Source: Pseudomonadota bacterium
Lineage (GTDB): Bacteria > Pseudomonadota > Alphaproteobacteria > Sphingomonadales > SMXR01
Assembly: GCA_022566215.1 (NCBI GenBank)
Contig: JADFJJ010000003.1
Span: 2,445 to 66,444 of the forward strand
Direction of reading: 5' to 3'
DNA length: 64,000 nucleotides
In this document: positions 14,315 through 23,890 of the stretch, piece after piece
How positions within the stretch are numbered: position 1 is the stretch's first letter
How the letters are laid out: the number at the start of each line of letters is the position of its first letter
Notes under the pieces: model-generated
Told to the model about the DNA's origin: nothing
Database searches by the model: none
The model's input: the letters and a program-made list of their open reading frames with translations, nothing else
Made by a program: the position numbers and the translations under genes

Positions 14315-17020
14315 TTATGATTTCTTGCGTGGTTTCCGGTCGATTATAATGGCATCAATCCGCTCAAACAACTCCTCCAGATCATAGGGTTTGGAAAGCA
14401 GTTCATCGCTTTTGATATTGAAACCCTTTTTTTCGATGCTTTTTCCGGTATAGCCGCTGGTATAAAGAATTCCACCGTCCGGAAATTTCTCCCCATACAC
14501 CTTCCCTATTTCAGGGCCGATAATCCCTCCTGGCAAAACCACATCACACAAGAGAAGATCAATGACCTTGTTCTTTTTGATGATTTTCAGGGCCGCCGGG
14601 CCGTTCATAGCCAGCAAAATATTATAGCCTTCGCCCTTCAGGGCCTTGGCTGTGAATTCCCTGACCTCCGCGTTGTCCTCTACAATAAGTATAGACAGGT
14701 TTTCCTTTGTTTTTGCCCCTGCCAGTGCTTTCTTTTTGGGGGCAGGTTTTTTTCTGGTTTTGGCGGCCTGAAAATAAAGCCTGAAGGTGGTTCCCTTGGC
14801 GGGTTCGCTGTAAACGGCGACCGCACCCTCCATTTGCTTCATAAAACCAAAGACGGTACTTAAGCCCAATCCAGAGCCATGCCCGGGTTCACGGGTGGTG
14901 AAAAACGGCTCAAATATCTGTTCCATTATCTCCGGGGTCATCCCGACCCCGTTGTCGGAGACGGAAATAACCACATATCTTCCCGGCCGGATCAGTTTTT
15001 CACTGGCCATTTTCTCGCTCATATCCTGTACCGCAACTTCAATGGTCAGGTGGCCGCCCTTGGGCATCGCCGCCCGGGCATTGTCGGCCAGGTTCAAAAG
15101 CGTATTTTTCAGTTCTCCGGTATCAACTTCCATGAATATTTTACCGGGTGACAGCTCAAATTCAATTTCGATGGTCTCATCTATTGCCGCCCTCAGCAGC
15201 GGCTGAAATTCCTGCAGGAATGCATTCACATCAATGGCCGCCCATTTGAGGCGCTGTCTTTCTGAAAAGGCCAGCAGGGCGCGCAGGAGGTGAGCACAGC
15301 GTTCAGACGATTGAATGGCCAGATCAAGGCTTTCCTGGTCTTCTTTTTTCATTGTGCCGTAAGAACTCTGCAACAGCATCAAACTGCCCATAATCGCCGT
15401 AATATGATTGTTGAAATCGTGCGCAAAATCACCGGTCAAATTGCCGATGGTTTTCATTTTTTGGGCATGCTCGGCCTTTTCGGCGATCGCCATTTTCTCA
15501 GTAACATCATCAACATAGGCGAATAAAACAGGGGGATCTTCATTGCGCAGGGCGTAAATCAGGATATCAGCATCGTAAGTGGTACGGTCTTTTCTAAGGT
15601 GTTTGGTTAGAATCCTGACATGATCTTTTTCCCCAGTTATCAAAGGTTCTGTTAATTCGGCATGATGTTTCCTTAATTCCTTGGGTTTTAAATCCAGGGG
15701 TGTCATTTTTTTCAATTCTTTCAGAGAATAACCCAGGTTTTCCCTGGCCCCACGGTTGACGTTGAGAAATTTCAGGGTTTTCAAATCGGTCATATAAATT
15801 TCGTGGGGGGAATCCTCAATAATCCTGCCTAGACGCAGTTTTTCGGATTCCTCGGCCAGCTGGGCGGTAATGTTCCTGCAGGCGGTGACAGCGGTTTTCA
15901 CAGTTCCATCTTGTTCTATCACGGGCTCGGAAATTTGATCAAACCAGACATAATGGCCGTCAGCATGTCTTAGCCGCATGCGTGATTTGTGTAATTTTTT
16001 TTCACTAAATACTTTGGGCGTCCATTTTTCAATTATCCCTTTTTTGTCTTCAGGATGTAGCAAAAAAAAGGAGGGTTTTCTCAACAACGCCGCAGGATTA
16101 TGGCCTAGGTGTTTTTTCACAGACGGTGAAATATACAGATTGTTTCCCTTCAAATCATGGAGAAAAATGATGTCGTTGCCGTGCTCGGCCAGCAGTTTGT
16201 ATTGCGCTTCGGCGGCTTTGGCCTGGGCTTGCATCCTGTTTCTTTTGGTGATGTCGCGCATCGAAGCGATGAAAAGCCTTTGCCCGTCTATTTCCAGTTC
16301 GCTAACCACGGCCTCCAGGCTGAGGTGTTTTCCGGCCTTGCTGCGGCCAACCACTTCCACCGGCCCCTTGCCCATAATGGCCGCCGCCCCGCCAGCCAGA
16401 AAGGTTGCAAAATGAGTTTTTTGCTTACCTGTTTTTTCCTGCATCAGCAGGGAGGAAAAATCTTTTCCAATGATTTCTTTTTCCTGATACCCGAAAATAT
16501 CCTGTCCGGCTTTGTTAATGGAACGGATTTTGCCCTTGATATCCACTTCGATTATGGCATCCCCGACCGTGTCCAGAACCGACTGGAAATGGGCCTTTTC
16601 ATCTCTTAGTTCATTTTCGGCCTTTTGGCTCTGGACCCTCAGTTCATGACGCTCCCTGGCGTTGATAACGATGCGCGCCAGCTGGGCCGGGGTCATGTCT
16701 TCCTTTCTCATAAAATCCTGGGCGCCGGCGCGAAGAACTTCCAAGGCCATCTTATCATCCGCAAACCCGGTCAACATCACCACCGGGATGGTTTCCCCCT
16801 GGGAGGTTTTGAGCAGTTCTTTAAGAAATTGCAGCCCGTTCATGTCGGGCAAGGAATAATCCAAAAGGATGCAGTCAAATTCGCCCGTCAGGGCGAGCTC
16901 AAGGCCTTCCCTGGCGCTTGCGGCCTCAACCAGTTCGGCCTCCAGTTTTGTTTTCTGTAAAGCCCTTTTGAGCGACCGGCGGTCGGCAGCGTTGTCTTCT
17001 ATCAGCAGCAATTTTATCAT
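14315..17020 (-). CDS. Hybrid sensor histidine kinase (REC-PAS-PAS-HisKA-HATPase-REC)
   Basis: N-terminal receiver (ILLDYSLPDMNG), PAS-like repeats, H-box FAHDFNNHITAI, N/G boxes LADNARAAM, DNGVGM and GSGLGLS, and a C-terminal receiver (LLLCDVVLPG). Confidence 0.85.
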   Translation of the reverse strand: MIKLLLIEDNAADRRSLKRALQKTKLEAELVEAASAREGLELALTGEFDCILLDYSLPDMNGLQFLKELLKTSQGETIPVVMLTGFADDKMALEVLRAGAQDFMRKEDMTPAQLARIVINARERHELRVQSQKAENELRDEKAHFQSVLDTVGDAIIEVDIKGKIRSINKAGQDIFGYQEKEIIGKDFSSLLMQEKTGKQKTHFATFLAGGAAAIMGKGPVEVVGRSKAGKHLSLEAVVSELEIDGQRLFIASMRDITKRNRMQAQAKAAEAQYKLLAEHGNDIIFLHDLKGNNLYISPSVKKHLGHNPAALLRKPSFFLLHPEDKKGIIEKWTPKVFSEKKLHKSRMRLRHADGHYVWFDQISEPVIEQDGTVKTAVTACRNITAQLAEESEKLRLGRIIEDSPHEIYMTDLKTLKFLNVNRGARENLGYSLKELKKMTPLDLKPKELRKHHAELTEPLITGEKDHVRILTKHLRKDRTTYDADILIYALRNEDPPVLFAYVDDVTEKMAIAEKAEHAQKMKTIGNLTGDFAHDFNNHITAIMGSLMLLQSSYGTMKKEDQESLDLAIQSSERCAHLLRALLAFSERQRLKWAAIDVNAFLQEFQPLLRAAIDETIEIEFELSPGKIFMEVDTGELKNTLLNLADNARAAMPKGGHLTIEVAVQDMSEKMASEKLIRPGRYVVISVSDNGVGMTPEIMEQIFEPFFTTREPGHGSGLGLSTVFGFMKQMEGAVAVYSEPAKGTTFRLYFQAAKTRKKPAPKKKALAGAKTKENLSILIVEDNAEVREFTAKALKGEGYNILLAMNGPAALKIIKKNKVIDLLLCDVVLPGGIIGPEIGKVYGEKFPDGGILYTSGYTGKSIEKKGFNIKSDELLSKPYDLEELFERIDAIIIDRKPRKKS

Positions 17021-17582
17021 CTAATTCTCATTTTCGAACAAAAACCCGCTAAGGTTTGTGTTGAATTCCTAGCGCTGGCGACCTTCTCGAAAGTCCTCAT
17101 CACCAGCCCCAGCTGACCCCAAAGCCAAAACCGGACTAAATCCACCCGGTCACAGGCAAGTCACTGACTGGCCCAAGGAATTACTTTTAAATGTAAACTG
17201 TAAAAATACCTTTACCAATGCAAAATTCGGCCTTGCCTAGTGTTTAAGGATTGCACCAATATCGTGCAAACAATAAAAAAATTAAATAAGATTATTTTCT
17301 TTTTTATAAGTGCAGTACAATATTATTGTATATTAATAATCATAATTAGTATTATTATTGTTGTATCTCTATTTTATTACTATTTATCCAGTGCACTCAC
17401 AATAAAAATTCCTGGCGGTTTTTTCCCCGGTAATATTTTTGATAAAATCCGGATATGCCGGATAAATTCCGTCTAACGGCTTTGGGCCATCGCCGTCCCT
17501 GCCATTTTTCCCTTGGGCAGAATAACCCTCCAAGGACAGACGGCTCTCTGAAAAACGCTTCACAGCGTGTCCAGAAAAGACC

Positions 17583-18935
17583 CTAAACCACCCCGTAAGC
17601 GAGCATGGCGTCGGCAACCTTCTTGAAACCGCCGATGTTGGCGCCCTTGAGGTAGTTGATATAATTGTTGCTTTCCACTCCGTATTCCATGCATTTGCCG
17701 TGAATGTCGCTCATAATGGTGCGCAGATTTTTCTGCAGAACTTCCTCTTTCCAGGTCAGGCGGGCGGCGTTCTGGCTCATCTCCAGCCCCGAGACCGCGA
17801 CCCCACCGGCGTTGGCCGCCTTGGAGGGCGCGAACATGATTTTCGCATCCTGGAAGACCTGCACCCCTTCCAGGGTGGCTGGCATATTGGCCCCTTCCGA
17901 AACCCCGATGCAGCCGTATTTAACCAGCATTTCGGCATCCTTTTTCGAGATTTCGTTTTGAGTGGCGCACGGGAACGCCAGATCACACGGGATCCCCCAG
18001 GGTTTTTTGTTCTTGTGGAATTGGTAGCCGAACTCCTTGGCGAATTCGGCAATGCGCCCGCGCCGGACGTTCTTCAACTCCTTGATATAGGCCAGTTCGT
18101 CCCTGGAAATGCCGTTTGGGATATGAACAAAACCAGCGGAATCAGACGTGGTCACCACCTTGGCGCCCAGCTGCAGGGCTTTTTCACAGGCGTACTGCGA
18201 CACGTTGCCAGAACCGGAAATCACACAGGTTTTGCCCTCCAGGCTGTCCTTTTTCTCTTTCAGCATGTCTTCCATGAAATAGACGGTGCCATAGCCAGTC
18301 GCCTCGACCCGGATGTGGCTGCCGCCGTACTGCAGCGCCTTGCCGGTCAGCGCGCCGGTAAATTCGCGCTTCAGGCGCTTGTACTGGCCGAACAGGTAGC
18401 CGATCTCGCGCGCGCCGACGCCGATGTCACCGGCCGGGATATCCAAATTGGGGCCGATGTAGTTGAACAGCTCGCTCATGAAGGCCTGGCAGAAACGCAT
18501 CACCTCCCGGTCCGACTTGCCCTTCGGGTCGAAATCCGATCCGCCCTTGGCGCCGCCCATCGGCAGGCCGGTGAGCGAATTCTTGAAGGTCTGCTCAAAG
18601 GCCAGGAATTTCAGGATCGACAGGTTAACGCTGGGGTGAAAGCGCATGCCCCCCTTGTAGGGGCCGATCGCGTTGCTGTTTTGAACCCGGTAGCCGCGGT
18701 TGACCCGGATATTGCCCTGGTCGTCCTCCCAGCACACCCGGAACATGAACACCCGGTCGGGTTCCGCCAGGCGCTCCATGATGCGCATCTTGTGGTAAAT
18801 CGGTTTGTCTTCAATATAGGGGAAAATTTGTTCGGCTACTTCCTGGACGGCGTTGTGAAATTCAGTCTGTCCAAGGCTGTTCCTTTTGATTTTTTTCATG
18901 AAGACTTCAAGCTTGCCAGCGACCGAACTGTCCAT
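17583..18935 (-). CDS. gdhA: NADP-specific glutamate dehydrogenase
   Basis: GLPMGGAKGGSDFDPKG active-site motif and Rossmann GSGNVSQYA. Start at MDSSVAG (18935), preceded by GGAGG. Confidence 0.92.
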   Translation of the reverse strand: MDSSVAGKLEVFMKKIKRNSLGQTEFHNAVQEVAEQIFPYIEDKPIYHKMRIMERLAEPDRVFMFRVCWEDDQGNIRVNRGYRVQNSNAIGPYKGGMRFHPSVNLSILKFLAFEQTFKNSLTGLPMGGAKGGSDFDPKGKSDREVMRFCQAFMSELFNYIGPNLDIPAGDIGVGAREIGYLFGQYKRLKREFTGALTGKALQYGGSHIRVEATGYGTVYFMEDMLKEKKDSLEGKTCVISGSGNVSQYACEKALQLGAKVVTTSDSAGFVHIPNGISRDELAYIKELKNVRRGRIAEFAKEFGYQFHKNKKPWGIPCDLAFPCATQNEISKKDAEMLVKYGCIGVSEGANMPATLEGVQVFQDAKIMFAPSKAANAGGVAVSGLEMSQNAARLTWKEEVLQKNLRTIMSDIHGKCMEYGVESNNYINYLKGANIGGFKKVADAMLAYGVV

Positions 18936-19049
18936 AAAAATTCCTCCGGGCCAGGTTTTCCAAAAAGCCAAGGCAACCCAAACAGGATTTTTATCAAAGG
19001 TCAATTATTTCTTTGGGTGTCCAGAGGAAATCGTTAAAGTTAGATGCGG

Positions 19050-19430
19050 CTACTCTTTAAACTTTGCAAACGTGATGAAATGCCCGCCTGGCTCCTTGTA
19101 GCCGATTTCATCGGCGCCGTAGAAGGTTTGGCGGCGTTCGGTCACGATCTCGAAGTCTTCCAGGTTTTTTATCATCTCATCCAGATCGTCGACCTTGATA
19201 TAGAGGAAATTGGGGCTGCCCTTGGCCTCCTTGGCAATTTTGGGCAGGTCTTCCTCCAGGCTGGCATAGTTCTGGTACATCACTTCAATGTTACCCTGTT
19301 TCAGCATGACAAAGGCTAGGCCGCCCTCGCCCGGGACCTCCATGACCTGTTCAAAACCAAGTCCCCTTACCCAAAAATCCAGCGACGGTTCGATTTTTTC
19401 CACAAACAAGACCGGTGTCAGTGAAATCAC
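19050..19430 (-). CDS. VOC (glyoxalase/bleomycin-resistance fold) family protein
   Basis: 126 aa. PVLFVEKIEPSLDFWVRGLGFE...GNIEVMYQ...YIKVDDLDE pattern of paired beta-alpha-beta-beta-beta modules. Confidence 0.6.
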   Translation of the reverse strand: MISLTPVLFVEKIEPSLDFWVRGLGFEQVMEVPGEGGLAFVMLKQGNIEVMYQNYASLEEDLPKIAKEAKGSPNFLYIKVDDLDEMIKNLEDFEIVTERRQTFYGADEIGYKEPGGHFITFAKFKE

Positions 19431-19852
19431 GCTGATCTCCTTTTATCCACGATGTCCTTTATTTTCCAGCCAACCTCAATGCCGGAGCCGATGAAATAAC
19501 CCCCCGCTCCGGCGAACGCGACATAAGCGCCGATATAAATTTCATCGAACATGATCATGAGCATAATCATATAGGCCGTGCCCGCCGCCAGCAGCGGCTC
19601 CAGAAAGTTGAGGACGGTTTTGACCCTGGCCCTTCTGCCCCTCCTGGCATAGGCCAGAAAAGCCCAGGGCCAGAAAAAGATAACCGGGATCAACAGTGAA
19701 CCCGGGTCTTCAAAGCCGATATTTTCATAGGCGTAGTAATAATCGTAAACTTTTTCAGCCCCAGGGATTTCCTGAACCGCTTCCCGGTCCGCCGCCGGAG
19801 TGGTGCTGGTAATCTCGCACCGGGAAAGCGGCAGGAAAAAGGCTAACGCCAA
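19427..19852 (-). CDS. Hypothetical membrane protein
   Basis: 141 aa with three hydrophobic segments. Overlaps the downstream VOC gene start by 4 nt. The start codon is uncertain (non-ATG). Confidence 0.45.
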   Translation of the reverse strand: MALAFFLPLSRCEITSTTPAADREAVQEIPGAEKVYDYYYAYENIGFEDPGSLLIPVIFFWPWAFLAYARRGRRARVKTVLNFLEPLLAAGTAYMIMLMIMFDEIYIGAYVAFAGAGGYFIGSGIEVGWKIKDIVDKRRSA

Positions 19853-19935
19853 AAGGGCGGCGCCAAGCGTTTTCAGGCGCCTGGTAAGGGACCAAGATCC
19901 GGGTTTATCCGGCTGGAGCTTTATAAGCTCTTGCC

Positions 19936-20277
19936 CTATTTATCCCTTTCTTTTTTCTTTTTGTGGGAATCGTCATCTTTATCGCCGTCATCGGGCTTAT
20001 TAACTGTAGGACACTTGCCCTTAGGATAGTTTTTACAAGATGTGACGTTCAACCCCTTCAAGGGATCGCCAGAGCCTTGAACATCGTCACCTCCACCGCC
20101 ATCATCGCCGCCTGTTTTGACGGCCGTGGATTTATTGCTAAGGCTGCTGTTATAGTCTTCAGCCAGGACCTCATCCTCATTCTTTGGATCGTCTTTCTCT
20201 CCGCCGAGGGCAACCCCCGAAAGGCCGATGACAGAGGCGAGGGATGCCCCCGCGACAATATAAAGAAGTTTTTTCAT
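19936..20277 (-). CDS. Hypothetical secreted low-complexity protein
   Basis: Signal peptide MKKLLYIVAGASLASVIGLSGVALG, then Asp/Gly/Lys-rich low complexity with two Cys. Confidence 0.45.
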   Translation of the reverse strand: MKKLLYIVAGASLASVIGLSGVALGGEKDDPKNEDEVLAEDYNSSLSNKSTAVKTGGDDGGGGDDVQGSGDPLKGLNVTSCKNYPKGKCPTVNKPDDGDKDDDSHKKKKERDK

Positions 20278-20397
20278 TTTGCTCCTCCTGTAAATGAAAA
20301 CCGGAAAATTATCTCCGAACGTTAATTATACTCCCAAACTTCCTGCTTCGCAAATAGGGTCTTTTTAAACCCTCCATGAAGCCCTATCCTTAAGGGC

Positions 20398-21042
20398 ATG
20401 GGAGGATTTGCAAAAGAACGCGGGCGGATGGTGGAGCGCCATCTGAAGGCCCGTGATATTTCCGACCCAAAAGTCCTGGCCGCCATGGGCAAGGTCAGGC
20501 GCGAGGTCTTTATCCCGGAACAATTCCGGATAAATGCTTATGCCGACCGGCCGCTGCCGATCGGCGAGGGCCAGACCATTTCCCAACCCTATATCGTCGC
20601 CCTGATGACCCAGGCGCTGGAGCTGAAGGGGGGCGAGACGGTGCTCGAGATCGGCGCCGGCTCCGGGTACGCGGCGGCTATTTTAGGCAAGATCGCAGAT
20701 CAGGTGTTCACCATCGAGCGTCACCAGCCGCTGGCGGATTTGGCAAGAAAGACCCTGAAGGCCGAAGGCATTAAGAACGTCACTGTTATTTGTGGCGACG
20801 GCACCAAAGGTTTGGAAAAAGAGGCCCCGTTTGATGCCATTGTCGCCACCGCCGCCGGGCCGAAGGTGCCAGAAACCCTCAAAAAACAGCTTAAAATCAG
20901 CGGCCGGCTGGTGGTGCCGGTGGGCGGCGCCGGGTACTTCCAAAGGCTGATAAAAATTACCCGGACGGCTGAGGATAAATTTGAACAAGCTGACCTCGGC
21001 GGGGTCTCGTTCGTGCCGCTGATCGGCGAGGAGGGGTATTAG
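20398..21042 (+). CDS. pcm: Protein-L-isoaspartate O-methyltransferase
   Basis: ISQPYIVALM and SAM motif VLEIGAGSGYAAA. 214 aa. Confidence 0.92.
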   Translation: MGGFAKERGRMVERHLKARDISDPKVLAAMGKVRREVFIPEQFRINAYADRPLPIGEGQTISQPYIVALMTQALELKGGETVLEIGAGSGYAAAILGKIADQVFTIERHQPLADLARKTLKAEGIKNVTVICGDGTKGLEKEAPFDAIVATAAGPKVPETLKKQLKISGRLVVPVGGAGYFQRLIKITRTAEDKFEQADLGGVSFVPLIGEEGY

Positions 21043-21045
21043 GCC

Positions 21046-22440
21046 CTATTCCACGTATTCCGCGCCTGCCAATTCCGGAAGCGCCCGGATTTGCTTCTCG
21101 ACCAGCGCCATATCACCGACCACCACCAGGGTCATTTGATCCAGCGGCAGCTGGGAATTGGCCAGCGCCGTAACCTCTTCATCGGTCACCTCAAGCACCC
21201 GTTCGACAAAGGTATTGAGGTAAGAGGCATCCAGCCCCTGCAAATCGAGCGCCGCCAGCTGGCCGATAATGCCGCCTCTGGAGCCGTTCTGCAGGACAAA
21301 AATCCCGGCCATATAATTCTGCACCTTGTCAACTTCCTCGGGCGGCGGCACGCTGGCCTGCAGGTTCCTGATTTCATAGAATATTTCAGTCAGCGCCGCA
21401 CCCGTAACATCGGTGGTAATATCCGCCACCTGAACCCAGTAGGCGGTGCCTTTGCGGTGGGCGATCGAGGCGCGCGGAGAGTAGGTGTAGCCCTTATCCT
21501 CGCGGATATTCTGGGTAATGCGCGAAGAGAATGAGCCGGAAAGCAGCGTGTGCATGACCCGGAATTTCACATAATCCGGATCGCGCATGTCTTTGACCGG
21601 CAGGCCTAAATAAATGGTCGATTGTTCCGATCCCGGCCGGTCGATCAGCTTGACCCGGAGCGAACTGTGAGGGTCGGGCGGAAGGTCAAGCGGCGCCGGG
21701 CCCGCCTGCCAATCACCAAAGGCGCCGCGGATGGCCGCCTCCATCTCCCCGGGATCAAACTGGCCGACCACGTAAATCCGGGTCCGGGCCGCTCCGAAAT
21801 TCTCACTGTAATATCCTTTGATGTCCTCAATCGTATAGGCTTCCAGCTGCTCTTCGCCCGCGAACAGGACGCCGTACGGGTGATCGCCGTAAAGCAGCTT
21901 GGCGAACGCTTCCGAGGCGAGGCTTCTCGGGGTGGTTTTGGCGATGCTTAAATTTCGCAGGAAATTCTGCTTGATGCGCGGAATTTCGCTCGAAGGAAAG
22001 GCCGGGTTTTGCAGGATATCGGCCATCAGCCGGATGGCGTCACCGCCAAACTCACTCAAAACATCCATCGAGACGCTGGTCTGGTCCAGGCCGACGCCGA
22101 TATTAACTCCGCCCCCCATGTCGGCCGCCGCGTTGACGATATCGAGGGCCGAGCGCGAAGCGGTGCCTTCCTTCATCAGCTCACCGGTCAGGTCGGAAAG
22201 CCAGGTATCGGCGCCTTCGTTCTTGTTGCCGGTCTCGACCACCACGCTGATCGTGACCTTGGGCACAATGCCGAAATAAACCAAGGTGACCCGAAGCCCG
22301 TTATCCAGCTGAAATGTGACCGGCTCGGCCAGCTCAAAGGGCTTGGGCTGGCCGGGCGGCGGCGGCAACTCACGGGCCAGCGCCGGCAGTGCAAAGATGC
22401 CGATCAGGATCAGGACAAGGGTTTTGCCTAAGTGTCTCAT
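21046..22440 (-). CDS. M16 family peptidase, non-catalytic-type subunit (no HxxEH)
   Basis: Signal peptide and M16 fold-like repeats. Overlaps the upstream M16 gene by 4 nt. Lacks the inverted zinc motif. Confidence 0.75.
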   Translation of the reverse strand: MRHLGKTLVLILIGIFALPALARELPPPPGQPKPFELAEPVTFQLDNGLRVTLVYFGIVPKVTISVVVETGNKNEGADTWLSDLTGELMKEGTASRSALDIVNAAADMGGGVNIGVGLDQTSVSMDVLSEFGGDAIRLMADILQNPAFPSSEIPRIKQNFLRNLSIAKTTPRSLASEAFAKLLYGDHPYGVLFAGEEQLEAYTIEDIKGYYSENFGAARTRIYVVGQFDPGEMEAAIRGAFGDWQAGPAPLDLPPDPHSSLRVKLIDRPGSEQSTIYLGLPVKDMRDPDYVKFRVMHTLLSGSFSSRITQNIREDKGYTYSPRASIAHRKGTAYWVQVADITTDVTGAALTEIFYEIRNLQASVPPPEEVDKVQNYMAGIFVLQNGSRGGIIGQLAALDLQGLDASYLNTFVERVLEVTDEEVTALANSQLPLDQMTLVVVGDMALVEKQIRALPELAGAEYVE

Positions 22441-23825
22441 GATGCGTCTCCTTCCTCAGGTTGGGCCGGAAGCCGCCGGATCACCGTCCGGTTGGTGGAG
22501 CGCAGGTATTCGGCCGCGGTTGCTTTGATCAGCTCCGGCGTCACCTGGTCGAAATCACCCTCAAGCGCATTGATGCGCGCGGGGTCGTCATCGAACAGCG
22601 CGAACGAGGCCAGCAGGTCGACCAGCCCGAAGCGGGTGGTCGAGCCGACCGTGTCATAAAGGGATGAGCGGACTTTTCTCAAGGCCCTGTCCACCTCTTC
22701 CTGGCTGACGCCATCGCTTTTGATCTCTTCAATCACCTCATCGACCGCAGCCATGATCGCTTCGTGGGAATTTTCGGAGCTGTGGATCAAGCCCACCGCC
22801 CACAGCATCGGGCCGGAATAGTTGTACATATTGCCGATCATGTTGATGCCGCCGAAAACGCTGTCAGTGACCCCCATCTCCTTGACCAGTTTCTGGTACA
22901 GGCGGCTGTCTTCACCCTGCAGCAGGATCAGGTCGATCAGCGCCATGGCGTAGTATTCAGGTGTGCCCCGCTCGGGCATGTGATAGCCGAAAGCGAGCGC
23001 CGGCTGGGGCGCGAACGGATCCACTTTTTCAGCGAATTTCTCAACCTCCTGGCGGGGCTCGGAAATATCCACCTCAGGGATCGGATCGCCGGCCGGGATG
23101 ACGGCGAAATATTTCTCGATCCAGCGTTTGGCGTCCGCAACCTCAAAATCCCCGGCCACCACCAGCACTGCGTTGTTGGGCCGGTAATAGGTGTAGAAAA
23201 AGCTTCTGACGTCCTCCAGCGTGGCCGCTTCCAGATCCTCAAGATCACCATAGAAATTGTGGGCGTTGTACCAGTTCTCATTGGCCGCTTGCGGCAGATC
23301 CAGCCACGGGAAGCCGCCGTAGGGCCGGTTCAGGACATTGACCTTGACCTCGTTCGAGACCACGCCCTTCTGGTTTTCCAGCGTTTCCTCGAGGAAATTG
23401 ATCTCGGTCATGCGGTCGGCCTCGACCCACAGGATCGGCTCCAGCTGGTGGGAAGGCATAATCTCGAAATAATTGGTGTAATCAAAGCGGGTCGAGCCGT
23501 TGTTGACGCCGCCCCCGCCCTCGATCATTTTATCGAACTCGCCTTCCGGCATGTTGGGGGTGCCCTCGAACATCAGGTGCTCGAAAAGATGGGCGAAACC
23601 GGTGCGCCCCTTGGGTTCGATGCGAAAACCGATGTTGTAATAAACCGCCACGGTGACGGTCGGAACCGACCTCTCGGGCGCCAAAATCACCCTGAGACCG
23701 TTATCCAGCCGGTAATAATCGACCTCGACGTGAAGGCCGGGCGCTCTCGCCTCTTCCGGCTGGCCGCAGCCGGCCAGGGCCAAAATAAATATGATGCTGA
23801 AAAATTTCAGGAAGGTGCGTTTCAT
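22437..23825 (-). CDS. M16 family zinc peptidase (pitrilysin-like), catalytic-type subunit
   Basis: Lipoprotein-like signal (LALAGCG) and the inverted zinc motif HLFEHLMFEG. Confidence 0.85.
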   Translation of the reverse strand: MKRTFLKFFSIIFILALAGCGQPEEARAPGLHVEVDYYRLDNGLRVILAPERSVPTVTVAVYYNIGFRIEPKGRTGFAHLFEHLMFEGTPNMPEGEFDKMIEGGGGVNNGSTRFDYTNYFEIMPSHQLEPILWVEADRMTEINFLEETLENQKGVVSNEVKVNVLNRPYGGFPWLDLPQAANENWYNAHNFYGDLEDLEAATLEDVRSFFYTYYRPNNAVLVVAGDFEVADAKRWIEKYFAVIPAGDPIPEVDISEPRQEVEKFAEKVDPFAPQPALAFGYHMPERGTPEYYAMALIDLILLQGEDSRLYQKLVKEMGVTDSVFGGINMIGNMYNYSGPMLWAVGLIHSSENSHEAIMAAVDEVIEEIKSDGVSQEEVDRALRKVRSSLYDTVGSTTRFGLVDLLASFALFDDDPARINALEGDFDQVTPELIKATAAEYLRSTNRTVIRRLPAQPEEGDAS

Positions 23826-23890
23826 GATCTATCCCCGCTGTTAGCTCTTGAAATATGTGTAACGGGGGATTGGCGGCGCCGCAAGGGCGG

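Noticed and set aside
17700-19037. 445-aa plus-strand ORF
   Set aside because: It is fully antisense to gdhA, which has unmistakable motifs. The translation is Arg/Gly/Ala/Pro-rich low complexity, typical of a shadow ORF in GC-rich coding DNA.
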